64,000 bases of DNA from Candidatus Caldarchaeum subterraneum (GCA_937934305.1 CALHAG010000002.1:13263-77262), one strand, 5' to 3'. Numbered from the stretch's first letter, positions 20,011 to 29,415 are shown. Program-made: numbers and translations. The notes: generated by a model not told the origin, from the sequence alone.

Positions 20011-21216
20011 ATGTCGTCAGAGTCTTGGCGTGGAGAAAAACACTGGGTCAGCCCATACAACTTCTCTCCACAGGTTGTTAGCCAATTCAACTTTCCCGAG
20101 AAGATTGAGATTTATGATGTTACGTTGAGGGATGGGGAGCAGACGCCCGGCGTTGTGCTGAAGGCTTCTGAGAAGCTGGAGATAGCGAAGGCATTGGATG
20201 AACTGGGTGTGCACAGGCTTGAGGCTGGGATGCCCGTTGTCTCCGAGGAGGACTTTAACGCAGTGAAGATGATTGCCAACGAGGGCCTTAGAGCGAGAGT
20301 CTTCGGGTTCGCCCGACTCGTGAAAGAAGACATCGACGCAGCCCTCAAAGCAGATGTCTCAGGAATAGTTACCGAGGGGCCTGTCGGGGTTCCGAAGCTG
20401 ATGCAGTTCGGGTGGCGGCCTGAAGACGTTGTGGAGAAGGCGGTGACGCATGTGCAGTATGCAAAGGACCATGGGCTGTACACTGTTTTCTTCGGTGTTG
20501 ACGGTACAAGAGCTGACATCAACTTTCTCAAACACATCTACTCGAGGGTTGTGACCGAGGCTAAGCCCGACGCTGTCGCGGTGGTTGACACATTTGGCTG
20601 CGCTTCTCCCGAGGGGTTCAGGTATCTTGTGGGGGAGATTGTGAGGACGGTGAAGGTGCCTGTCGAGGTTCACTGCCACAATGACTTCGGCATGGGGACT
20701 GCGGTGAGCATCGCCGGGTTGTCCGCGGGAGCGAGCGTGGTGCATGTATCTGTTAACGGGATTGGTGAGAGAGCTGGCAACGCGGCTCTTGAGGAAGTTG
20801 TTCTAAGCCTTGAGCTACTCTACGGCAGACGCCTCGGCCTCCGTCTCGAAAAGCTTGTCGAAGTCTCTCGGCTTGTGGAGAAGTTGACAGGTTTCAGACT
20901 CGCCGCCAACAAACCCGTCGTCGGAGAGAGAGTGTTCACGAGAGAATCCGGCATATCTGTCGCAGGCTGGGTAAAGTATCACCTCGGCTCCGAAGCCTTT
21001 CTACCAGAGCTTGTCGGAAACAGGCATGATGTCCTCGTCGGCAAAAAGAGCGGGAAACACTCTATCGAGTGGAAGCTCGAGAAACTCGGTGTAAAGGCGT
21101 CGCCCGAAGAGGTTCAGGCCCTTCTCCAGAAAGTAAAAGAGATATCCATCGCTAAGAAGAGGGCTTTGTCTGATGAGGAGCTTCTCGAATGTCTGGAGAC
21201 AGTGAGGCGGAGTTAG
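20011..21216 (+). CDS. LeuA/homocitrate/citramalate synthase family (DRE-TIM) lacking the C-terminal regulatory domain
   Basis: DVTLRDGEQTPG, HCHNDFG, GIGERAGNAALEE, NKPVVG, GKKSG. Confidence 0.85.
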   Translation: MSSESWRGEKHWVSPYNFSPQVVSQFNFPEKIEIYDVTLRDGEQTPGVVLKASEKLEIAKALDELGVHRLEAGMPVVSEEDFNAVKMIANEGLRARVFGFARLVKEDIDAALKADVSGIVTEGPVGVPKLMQFGWRPEDVVEKAVTHVQYAKDHGLYTVFFGVDGTRADINFLKHIYSRVVTEAKPDAVAVVDTFGCASPEGFRYLVGEIVRTVKVPVEVHCHNDFGMGTAVSIAGLSAGASVVHVSVNGIGERAGNAALEEVVLSLELLYGRRLGLRLEKLVEVSRLVEKLTGFRLAANKPVVGERVFTRESGISVAGWVKYHLGSEAFLPELVGNRHDVLVGKKSGKHSIEWKLEKLGVKASPEEVQALLQKVKEISIAKKRALSDEELLECLETVRRS

Positions 21217-22265
21217 GGCTTTACAGGGTTTTGAGCCCTGAGGGGGAGGTCGTCGGAGAGCCTGACCCGGGCCTCTCCAACGAGACGATGCGTAAGATGA
21301 TGCATGACATGGTGGTTTTGAGAACGTTTGACCAGTGGATGCTCAAAATTCATCCTCTCGGAAAAGCATCTCGCTATGCGCCTGTCGAGGGACAGGAGGC
21401 TTCAGTTGTCGGAAGCGTTCACAGCTTGAGCGACGTTGACTGGACGTTTCCAACCTACCGTGAGCTTACCGTGGGTCTTCTCAGAGGAGCTCCTCTCACC
21501 ACGTTGATTCATAGGATGTTTGCCACGAGCCTCGACCACATGAAGGGCCATGAAATCACGTTGTACGGAGACAAACGTTACAGGATTGTCGTGGGCGCGG
21601 GAGCGGTTTCTCTGATGTGTCCAGTGGCGGTTGGCATGGCCATGGCGGCGAAAAAACGCGGCGAGAAGGAGGTGTTTCTGGTTTACTTGGGCGACGGCGC
21701 CACCTCCAAGGGCGATTTCCACGAAGCGATAAACTGGGCAGGTGTCTTCAAGCCGCCGGTTATCTTCTTTGTCCAAAACAACCAATGGGCCATCTCAACA
21801 CCCTTCAAGATACAGACAGCTGCACCCAACATAGCGGTAAAGGCCAAGGCCTATGGAGTCCCGGGTATACGGGTTGACGGGAACGATGTCCTAGCAGTCT
21901 ACACTATCTGCAAAAAGTTTGTGGAGAAGGCCCGTGAAGGCGGGGGAGCTGCTCTGATAGAGGCTGTCACATATAGGATGGGGCCTCATACAACCGCCGA
22001 CGACCCCTCGAAGTACCGCTCCGAAGAGGAGGTTGAAAAGATGAGAGCCCTTGACCCGTTGAAGCGGCTGCGGATTTACCTTACCCGCAACGGATTGTGG
22101 TCTAACGAGGAGGAGCAGAAGATTGTGGAGAACTTCAGGGAAGAGCTGCGCCGCGCCACCGAGGAAGCGGAGAAAACGCCGCCGCTCAACCCACGTGTTA
22201 TCTTTGAAGACGTTTACGCAGAGCTTCCATGGCATCTGAGAGAAGAGATGGCTGAACTGGGTTGA
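21189..22265 (+). CDS. 2-oxoacid (pyruvate/branched-chain) dehydrogenase E1 alpha subunit
   Basis: GQEA, PTYRE, TPP motif GDGATSKGDFHE...VQNNQWAIS, VDGNDV, YRMGPHTTADDP. Confidence 0.9.
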   Translation: MSGDSEAELGLYRVLSPEGEVVGEPDPGLSNETMRKMMHDMVVLRTFDQWMLKIHPLGKASRYAPVEGQEASVVGSVHSLSDVDWTFPTYRELTVGLLRGAPLTTLIHRMFATSLDHMKGHEITLYGDKRYRIVVGAGAVSLMCPVAVGMAMAAKKRGEKEVFLVYLGDGATSKGDFHEAINWAGVFKPPVIFFVQNNQWAISTPFKIQTAAPNIAVKAKAYGVPGIRVDGNDVLAVYTICKKFVEKAREGGGAALIEAVTYRMGPHTTADDPSKYRSEEEVEKMRALDPLKRLRIYLTRNGLWSNEEEQKIVENFREELRRATEEAEKTPPLNPRVIFEDVYAELPWHLREEMAELG

Positions 22266-23122
22266 AGCTAAAACCTTGGACAATAACCCTAGCCGACACC
22301 GAAAACCTTCACCCACATGAGCAATCCATTCCACAAGCAGTGGCCCGCATAGCCGAGGACATCGCTCAAAAAGAACGCTTCATAGACCCTGTGATAGTGG
22401 ACGCGGAGACAGGGCTGGTCGTTGACGGCACACATAGGGTTGAGGCGGCTATAAGGCTTGGCCTTGGAAAAATCCCTGTCTACACAGTCGACTACATGTC
22501 GCCACGGGTTGTCCTCGCCGGATGGGGACGGGCTGCATCAAAAAACATATCCAAAGATGAGCTTCGAGGATTATTTGGTCGACTAGGCTTCACGGAGTCC
22601 ATGGCAAGCTATGATGCACGTTTCATTTGGAGCGATGGCCATGTGCTACAGGTTAAGCATAGTGGAGAACTGTCGACCAAGCAGGTTTACGAAAAACTCT
22701 CCATCATAGACCAAAGCCTACAGCACCTCGGCATAGCTTATGTCAGGGACAGCGACGTTGAAGAGCTTGTCAAACAAGGTAAACATGTCTTCGGATACTT
22801 GCTGAGGCCCTTGAAGAAAGAGGAAGTCGTCTCAATCGTTAAACAGGGTTACAGGCTTCCCCCCAAGTCTACCCGCCACCTCATCGACCGAAGACCAATG
22901 TACATAAACTGTCCTCTCGAAATTCTCCGCAGCAGCGACGCCGTGGAAAAATTTACTGAATTTCTCTCAGAGGGGGTTTGGGTGGAGCTGGGCCCCGGCG
23001 CTGAGCTGGACAGGAGATATGATGAAAAAGTTATGGTTTTTTACAGGGAGGATTTGGCTGCTTTTTATCCCGAGAAGCTGCTCAAGCTTGTCAAGAGCTC
23101 GTTGAAGCAAACGCTTCGATGA
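22262..23122 (+). CDS. ParB/Srx-fold protein resembling free serine kinase SerK
   Basis: LHPHEQ, VVDGTHR, VDY, KEEVVSIVKQGYRLPPKSTRH. Mirrors the Thermococcus SerK motifs PHEQ, DGHHR and KEEV...PKTTRH as recalled. Confidence 0.72.
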   Translation: MKLKPWTITLADTENLHPHEQSIPQAVARIAEDIAQKERFIDPVIVDAETGLVVDGTHRVEAAIRLGLGKIPVYTVDYMSPRVVLAGWGRAASKNISKDELRGLFGRLGFTESMASYDARFIWSDGHVLQVKHSGELSTKQVYEKLSIIDQSLQHLGIAYVRDSDVEELVKQGKHVFGYLLRPLKKEEVVSIVKQGYRLPPKSTRHLIDRRPMYINCPLEILRSSDAVEKFTEFLSEGVWVELGPGAELDRRYDEKVMVFYREDLAAFYPEKLLKLVKSSLKQTLR

Positions 23123-24023
23123 CCTTTTTCGCCAGCATCGTCGCAGCGGCTTCCTGAGCCTCCAGAGTTTGCGCCCCTATGTGAGGAGTTAGCACGACGT
23201 TGTCGAGCTCGAGAAGTTTGCTTCCCGTGGGCGGTTCTTTCTCGAAAACATCGAGTCCCGCGCCAGCTATTCTACCGTTTTTTAGAGCGGTGTAGAGAGC
23301 CTCTTCATCTATGACCTCTCCCCGCGAGGCGTTTATGATTATCGCCCCCGGCTTCATCATCTCCAGTTTACTGGCGTTGATTAAGTGTCTTGTCTCGGGT
23401 GTGAGAGGGACGTGCAGTGTTATGATGTCTGCTGTCCGCAGCACTTCCTCGAGGCTGGTGAGCTTGGCCCCTGCTTTTGCAAGAACCTCCTCGGGTATCG
23501 GTATGACATCGTAGGCTACAATCTTCATTCCCATGGCGTATGCTATCTCAGCCACTCGCCGCCCAATCCGTCCATAGCCCACCACGCCAAGAGTCTTCCC
23601 AGCCAGCTCGACACCCATGGCCTCAGACTTCGGCCACCTACCCCCGCGAACCTGTCTATCACACCAAGCAATTTTACGGGCCACGGCTATCATCAACCCG
23701 ATGACAAGCTCCGCCACGCTCTCGGTCGAGGACTCGGGCGTGTTCAGCACCTTGACACCATGCCGCGCCGCAGCCTCGAGGTCGACGTTGTCAAGCCCCA
23801 CTCCAGCCCGGCCAACAACCTTCAACACAGGCACACCGCGTTCAATAACCTTGGCCGTCACCTTTGTCCTACCCCGGACAAGCAACACATCATAGCCGCC
23901 TATCACAGATTCAAGCTCCTCCGCCGAAATCCCAGGACGCAAATCCACCCTAAAACCCGCTTTCTCCAGCAAATCAACCGCCGACCTGTCAATCGCGTCG
24001 GCCACCAAAACCTTCCTGTTCAC
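23091..24023 (-). CDS. serA: D-3-phosphoglycerate dehydrogenase (short type, no ACT domain)
   Basis: GRAGVGLDNVD, SVAEL, GVVGYGRIG, INASRG, LDVFEKEP, TPHIGAQTLEAQ. Likely start GTG 24023. Confidence 0.85.
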   Translation of the reverse strand: MNRKVLVADAIDRSAVDLLEKAGFRVDLRPGISAEELESVIGGYDVLLVRGRTKVTAKVIERGVPVLKVVGRAGVGLDNVDLEAAARHGVKVLNTPESSTESVAELVIGLMIAVARKIAWCDRQVRGGRWPKSEAMGVELAGKTLGVVGYGRIGRRVAEIAYAMGMKIVAYDVIPIPEEVLAKAGAKLTSLEEVLRTADIITLHVPLTPETRHLINASKLEMMKPGAIIINASRGEVIDEEALYTALKNGRIAGAGLDVFEKEPPTGSKLLELDNVVLTPHIGAQTLEAQEAAATMLAKKVIEAFASTSS

Positions 24024-24122
24024 AATAACCCCATCCACTTCAACATATTTAAGAGCATACCGGGACAGGGTCTTGTTTAGCCTGCTAACTTATATGTAGG
24101 CTGCTTATGCTGTTACGTGGAT

Positions 24123-24407
24123 ATGCCGTTCAAGCGTAAGAGCCGTGGAAGGTCGAAAGGCGCTAAGGGGAAAGAGCCTACTGTTCAGTGTGACAACTGC
24201 GGAGCATATGTGCCGAGGAGCAAGGTGCAGCGTGTGACGCGGCGTGTTTCTCTTGTCCGGGGGGACCTGGCCCGTGAGCTAAAACAGGCAGGAGCTTATC
24301 TAGCCGAAAACATCGTCGTCAAAAACCTCTGCATCAGCTGCGCCATCCACTACGGTGTTCTCAAGGTAAGGGCCCGCGAGGAGAGAAAACCTGAGCAATT
24401 CCTCTGA
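24123..24407 (+). CDS. rps26e: 30S ribosomal protein S26e
   Basis: MPFKRKSRGRSKG, CDNCG, CISCAIH, VRAREER. Confidence 0.95.
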   Translation: MPFKRKSRGRSKGAKGKEPTVQCDNCGAYVPRSKVQRVTRRVSLVRGDLARELKQAGAYLAENIVVKNLCISCAIHYGVLKVRAREERKPEQFL

Positions 24408-24463
24408 GATAAGGGATATGGTTTATTAGATGCCGGGTCAACCGGCGTTATAGGTGAGGTTTT

Positions 24464-25432
24464 TTGACCACTGCACAGGAGAGGGCAAGGCTATCTCTCG
24501 TCAAGCTCCGTCTCGCCATGGTTGGTACGTGGGCGTTGATAACGGGAGTGGCCTCGCTTCTCTTCGTGGCTGTGTTGACGTTTCTCCGCATACCGCTTCT
24601 CAACTTCTACACCATCATAGGGTTTGTCGTCGCCTTCCATGTTTTCCAGTGGCTCATAGGGCCCTACATAATCGGAGCGGTTTACAGGACCCGGCCGGCG
24701 GCGGAGGCTGGGCTTGGCTGGGTTGAGGAGGCTGTCAACCGCTTAAGCATAGCCGCGGGGATGGAGAAGCCGCCGAAAACCTATGTCGCTGAAATAGACA
24801 TCCCCAACGCATTCGCATACGGCAGCCCCCTCACAGGACCCATGGTAGCCGTCACCCGACGACTCGTCGAAAGCCTTCCACGGGAAGAGGTTGAGGCTGT
24901 CATCGGCCACGAGCTGGGCCACATCAAACACCGCGACGTAGCCTTCATGATGGCGATAAGCATCATACCAGCCATCATCTACTACCTCGGCTACACCCTG
25001 TTTGTTTCAGGGGCCTACGGCGGCCGCCGAGAAGGAGGAGCCTATACATTCCTCATCGGAATCGTCTTGATGGTTTTCAGCTTCATCTTCAACATATTCG
25101 TCTTCTACATGAGCAGGCTCCGCGAATACTACGCCGACTACTTCGCCGCAAAAACCGTGTCCAACGGCGCCCGAAACCTTCAACGTGCACTCGTCAGAAT
25201 CATGATGCTTGCGGGTAGGATGAGAAGGGAAGAGGTGGCCCACGTGGAGCAGTTCAAGGCATTCTTCATAGCTGACCCCGACGTCAAGCTACAGGCTTTC
25301 GGCGACATAGATAGAGTCGTAGAAGAAGTGAAGAACCGTAAACCCAGCACCTTGGCAGAGCTCTTCAGCACACACCCCGACCCGGCCAAACGGCTAAGAG
25401 CACTCGACAACTACGTCTTCAGTATGCCCTAG
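24464..25432 (+). CDS. htpX: Zinc metalloprotease HtpX (M48)
   Basis: PNAFAYG, HELGH, SRLREYYAD, FSTHP. Confidence 0.92.
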   Translation: MTTAQERARLSLVKLRLAMVGTWALITGVASLLFVAVLTFLRIPLLNFYTIIGFVVAFHVFQWLIGPYIIGAVYRTRPAAEAGLGWVEEAVNRLSIAAGMEKPPKTYVAEIDIPNAFAYGSPLTGPMVAVTRRLVESLPREEVEAVIGHELGHIKHRDVAFMMAISIIPAIIYYLGYTLFVSGAYGGRREGGAYTFLIGIVLMVFSFIFNIFVFYMSRLREYYADYFAAKTVSNGARNLQRALVRIMMLAGRMRREEVAHVEQFKAFFIADPDVKLQAFGDIDRVVEEVKNRKPSTLAELFSTHPDPAKRLRALDNYVFSMP

Positions 25433-26852
25433 CGAAGTAAACCACTTCAGCCGCGTTTTTTCCGCATACTATGCAGGGGCCGCTGGGCACCTCGAGCTCG
25501 TCAAACCTGCTTCCCCTCAACTCTCCCCCCGCCGCTGCTTTCAGCTGCTCAGCACACTCCACCGAGCCGCACCAGTCAAACTTGGCTATTCTTCTCTCGG
25601 AAATAACTTTCTTCACCTCATCTATGGATGATATCTCCACAACCATCTGACGCATGATGCGCCAGCTCCGCTCCGCGAGGCTCTGCCCAATACTTGTCAA
25701 CACTGTTTCCACAGCCTTCTCAATCTCCTCGACGGCGACAACCTGTTTCTCCAACGTATCCCGCCTAAACAAAGTAGCCCTGTTCTCAGCCACCTCACGA
25801 GGCCCAATCTCAAGCCTCACAGGCACACCCAATTTCTCCCAGTAGTAAAACTTCTCACCCGGAGTCACATCCTCTCTGTCATCAACCTTCACAGCAAACT
25901 TCTGAAGCCTCTCAGCGACACCGTAGCAGAATTGTTTAATGGACTCTTCCTGACCCTTGAAGACTATGGGGACAATCACTACGTGAAGAGGGGCCACAAC
26001 AGGAGGAAGCACAAGACCTCTGTCATCTCCGTGCTGGCTTATCAACGCAGCCAAAACCCTGCTGTAGCCAAACCCATAGCAGAGCTGATGAGGATTCTCA
26101 CGCTTACCGTCCCGTGTCTCAAACTCTATCTCAAACACTTTCGAGAAATTTTTCCCAAGGTTGTGGACGGTTGCGACCTGGTTAACTCTGCCATCCGGAT
26201 TCCATGCATCAAAAGCTATCGAGTATCTTGCGCCAGGGAACTTGTCGAAATCAGGTCTCTTCAACACCAGGTAAGCGAGCCCAAGCTGGTCCAACACCTT
26301 GCGATAAATTTCCACAGCTTTCTTAACCTGTTGCTCGGCCTCCGCAGCCGTAGCGTGAACAGTATGCGCCTCATTCCACGGAATCTCCCGCACACGTAGG
26401 AGAGGCCTCGTCGCCTTGGTCTCATGCCTATAAACCATGTTGCTCTGATGGACGAGGAGAGGAAGGTCTGCGTGACTCCTTATCCAGAGCTTGAACATTG
26501 GATACATGATGGTCTCGCTCGTCGGCCGAACAATCAGCTTAACGTCAAGAGGTTTACCTCCGGCAGACTCTATCACAAACACCTCTGTGCTGAAGCCTTT
26601 GATGTGCTGAGCCTCCTTGCCGAGAAGCTCCTCCGTGGTCACCAGCGGGAAAATCATCTCCTTATGACCCGTTTCCCGAAGCTCCTTCTCCAGCATCTCA
26701 CGCACACGTCTCAGAATATATGCCCCGTTCTCCAGATAGACAGAGAAACCCTTAACAGGAAAACGGTCATCCAAAATCCGCGCCTCGAGCAAAAGCTTGT
26801 CAAACCACTCGCTGAAATTACGGTATTTATTGAGCGCCGTAGCAGTCGACAT
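25419..26852 (-). CDS. proS: Proline--tRNA ligase (archaeal/eukaryotic type)
   Basis: RPTSETIM, RHETKATRPLLRVRE, DKFPGA, GVPVRLEIGPR, C-terminal YFARAY. Confidence 0.95.
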   Translation of the reverse strand: MSTATALNKYRNFSEWFDKLLLEARILDDRFPVKGFSVYLENGAYILRRVREMLEKELRETGHKEMIFPLVTTEELLGKEAQHIKGFSTEVFVIESAGGKPLDVKLIVRPTSETIMYPMFKLWIRSHADLPLLVHQSNMVYRHETKATRPLLRVREIPWNEAHTVHATAAEAEQQVKKAVEIYRKVLDQLGLAYLVLKRPDFDKFPGARYSIAFDAWNPDGRVNQVATVHNLGKNFSKVFEIEFETRDGKRENPHQLCYGFGYSRVLAALISQHGDDRGLVLPPVVAPLHVVIVPIVFKGQEESIKQFCYGVAERLQKFAVKVDDREDVTPGEKFYYWEKLGVPVRLEIGPREVAENRATLFRRDTLEKQVVAVEEIEKAVETVLTSIGQSLAERSWRIMRQMVVEISSIDEVKKVISERRIAKFDWCGSVECAEQLKAAAGGELRGSRFDELEVPSGPCIVCGKNAAEVVYFARAY

Positions 26853-26924
26853 CAAGCCATAGAAAATCCCAATCATATATAACTGTATCCAGTTTGCCCA
26901 ATCACCTACTCACGAGGAAGGGCC

Positions 26925-27092
26925 CTAGGATGTTGGCTTGTAAGCCCCGTAAAGTGATTGCATTCTCGCTATAAGCTCTTCGTTGTAGGGGAGGAAAACA
27001 TGACAGTAGTATGGGTATTGGTGGACTCCTAATAGCATGTTCAGAGCGATGCCTAGAATGAAGCAAAATCCACATAGCATCAGAATCATCAT
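26925..27092 (-). CDS. Possible small membrane protein (~55 aa)
   Basis: MMILMLCGFCFILGIALNMLLG... hydrophobic segment; no motif recognised. Confidence 0.3.
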   Translation of the reverse strand: MMILMLCGFCFILGIALNMLLGVHQYPYYCHVFLPYNEELIARMQSLYGAYKPTS

Positions 27093-27171
27093 GATGGAGG
27101 CACAGACATATTTGTATTGGGGTTGGACATTGTTTAAATTTGTTTTTATGGTGTATTGTTCTATGTGATGG

Positions 27172-27477
27172 TTGTTGAATTTAATACTTTCTAGACATGC
27201 GAGAGAGAAGATTGAGCTTAGAGGCTTGAAGATGGAACTTATCAATCAGGTGTTAAATAGCCCTGAGCAGATTTATTTCGATGTCGTTACAAGGCTTTAC
27301 GTAGCTATCAGAAATGTAGATTTTCACGATGAGAAGATTCCTATGGTGGTTGTTTACAGACCCGAGAATGACAGTTATTATATCGCTACAGCGTATCCCT
27401 GTAAAGAATTCAAAGAGGAGGTTGATAGAAAGGTTAAAAAAGGAAGATGGATAAAGGTAGGTGTAAGAGAGGAATGA
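27172..27477 (+). CDS. DUF4258-like putative toxin
   Basis: LSRHAREKIELRG, VVVYR, IATAYP; coupled to DUF2283 gene. Confidence 0.72.
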   Translation: MLNLILSRHAREKIELRGLKMELINQVLNSPEQIYFDVVTRLYVAIRNVDFHDEKIPMVVVYRPENDSYYIATAYPCKEFKEEVDRKVKKGRWIKVGVREE

Positions 27478-27692
27478 AGGTAACCTACGACCCGGAAGCA
27501 GATATTATTTACATGGTTTTGAGAGACGGGGAAATCTACGATAGCAGAGAGGAGAATGAGGACGTTAGACTGGAATATGATAAAGAAGGGCATCTAATAG
27601 GAATAGAGATAATGAACGCAAGAACAAACCTCATAGCAGCCATTGCAGAGGAAATATCAAGAGAGATAAACAACGCTCTACAGACAAGGTAA
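27474..27692 (+). CDS. DUF2283 putative antitoxin
   Basis: MKVTYDPEADIIY, LEYDKEGHLIGIEI; ATGA overlap with the upstream gene. Confidence 0.85.
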   Translation: MKVTYDPEADIIYMVLRDGEIYDSREENEDVRLEYDKEGHLIGIEIMNARTNLIAAIAEEISREINNALQTR

Positions 27693-27883
27693 AATGATTT
27701 TTACCGCGATGCATTGTCGCTCGTCGCACCCATCTCTTCGGCTCTTTTCGCCGTCGATATTCCAGCGGCGAGCCCATAATAACGCTGTGAGGCTTCCTAC
27801 CGGGCCTGCTTTATTCATGTGGAGAACCTATTGAAGATAGGTTTTTAGAGAGGTGTTTATGATAGGCTTTCGGTGCATCGCTT

Positions 27884-28546
27884 CTGTCGGTAAGCTTCGG
27901 TGGAAAGTTTCTCCCAACCAAGCTTGAGCTGATAAGGGCGAGGCGTAGTCTTCAGGTTGCAAAGAGCATTTACCGTATTCTGGAGGATAAGCGGGATGTC
28001 TTGGTGAGGCGGCTGAATGACTTGGTTGAGGTGGCGGAGACGGAGCGTGAGAAGATGGAGCAGCCTCTTCGACGGGCCTACATGTCTCTCTTCAAAGCCT
28101 ATGCGGAGATGGGTTCTGTCAAGGTGGAGGCAATCGCCGCCACTACGCCGCCATCCATAGAGGTTAAGGTGAGCGAGAAAACCATCCTCGGCATAAGGAT
28201 ACCGACCCTCGAGATAGCGAGCACGAAAATCCCCCTCAACTACGGCCTGCTCGACACCGCCTCATCATTCGACGAAGCAGTCAGAAACTTCAGAGAAATC
28301 ATAGCCACCCTCTGCAAAGTGGCCGAGATAGAGAACACCATATTCCGCCTCGCCGAGGAGCTGAAGAAGACACAGCGCCTACTAAACGCCCTCGAACACC
28401 TCATTATCCCAAGATACCAGGAAGCGATAAAATTCATCAGCGCAAGCCTCGAAGAACGTGAGAGAGAAGACTTTGTCAAGCTCAAGCATGTGAAACGTAT
28501 CCTCGAGAGAAGAAAAGAGGTGGAGACAGTTGGAGGAACAGGTTAG
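27884..28546 (+). CDS. atpD: A/V-type ATP synthase subunit D
   Basis: PTKLELIR...ILEDKRDVL, ILGIRIP, LAEELKKTQRLLNALEHLIIP, LEEREREDFVKLK. The conserved N-terminus lies upstream of the first canonical start (28001). Confidence 0.9.
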   Translation: MSVSFGGKFLPTKLELIRARRSLQVAKSIYRILEDKRDVLVRRLNDLVEVAETEREKMEQPLRRAYMSLFKAYAEMGSVKVEAIAATTPPSIEVKVSEKTILGIRIPTLEIASTKIPLNYGLLDTASSFDEAVRNFREIIATLCKVAEIENTIFRLAEELKKTQRLLNALEHLIIPRYQEAIKFISASLEEREREDFVKLKHVKRILERRKEVETVGGTG

Positions 28547-28640
28547 GAAAGAGTTTGAGCAACTGAGGCAAGAGATTAGGAAGAAGAAGCAGGAGATGGC
28601 TGAGGCTCTGCGGAAAAAAGCAGAAGAAGCCTCTGCATAA
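28530..28640 (+). CDS. Small charged helical protein (36 aa) overlapping the atpD 3' end
   Basis: TTG start preceded by GAGGTGG; MEEQVRKEFEQLRQEIRKKKQEMAEALRKKAEEASA. Confidence 0.55.
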   Translation: MEEQVRKEFEQLRQEIRKKKQEMAEALRKKAEEASA

Positions 28641-28645
28641 GATTC

Positions 28646-29332
28646 TTGGTTAAAGACACGGAGTTAAATAACGAGCCAAATAAACCATTCCTAGAGTTGG
28701 ACATCCGTGGAGCAGCCGCGGCCACGATTATCGCAGCCTTCGCCTACATATCCCTTTTCCACTACCCGTTGGTGAGAGGCCTCGAGCTCACCAACCTGCT
28801 CTTCTACATGGATGTCTGGCCCACCTTCATCGCAGCGGTCGGCTACTCAACAGCCTATCTCATATCTAAGCGTCTGTACACCAACTTCGGCAAACCATGG
28901 AGCCGCTACATCGGCTTCAGCGCAGCAGCGGCCCTCATTTTCTACTGGCATCTACCCGCCAACTCATTCTTCGGATACGGAGTATGCCCAGCCGACCTCA
29001 ACAACCCAGCCCTCTACCAGCTCAAAAGAATATCCTACTTCATCGTAGGTGTTCTCATCTACTTCGCCGCAAAAGACTTCAACAAGCCCTGGCGCGAAGC
29101 ACTCGCCATCGCCTTCGGCAAAGTAATGGGATGGTACGGCTTCTACCTCACACTTGTAACAGAGCCACTATATGTAGCCCCGCCTGTCATATTCAGCCTC
29201 CAGCTCCACCACGAAGCAGGAGCGGCCATGATACTCTCGATGATAGCACTCGACTTCCTCGCCGCAGCATCACTCATAAACCACCTCTTCAAAGACAAAA
29301 AAGCAACACCCTACCCACTAACAACCAGCTAA
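28646..29332 (+). CDS. Multi-pass membrane protein (DUF1404/CtaG-like)
   Basis: Several TM helices; FYWHLP and HHEAGAAM motifs reminiscent of Caa3_CtaG/DUF1404. Confidence 0.5.
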   Translation: MVKDTELNNEPNKPFLELDIRGAAAATIIAAFAYISLFHYPLVRGLELTNLLFYMDVWPTFIAAVGYSTAYLISKRLYTNFGKPWSRYIGFSAAAALIFYWHLPANSFFGYGVCPADLNNPALYQLKRISYFIVGVLIYFAAKDFNKPWREALAIAFGKVMGWYGFYLTLVTEPLYVAPPVIFSLQLHHEAGAAMILSMIALDFLAAASLINHLFKDKKATPYPLTTS

Positions 29333-29415
29333 CAAAAAAGCAAATACACCGCATATCCATCACAGATGGATAGATATATTTGTCCGAATCTGCCCTATTA
29401 GTTGGTGCTAAGTGT

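Noticed and set aside
22262-23122. Chromosome-partitioning ParB
   Set aside because: No HTH or parA neighbour; motifs and context fit SerK-like kinases better.
27700-27830. GC-rich intergenic stretch as an RNA gene
   Set aside because: No tRNA cloverleaf or other recognisable RNA motif on either strand.
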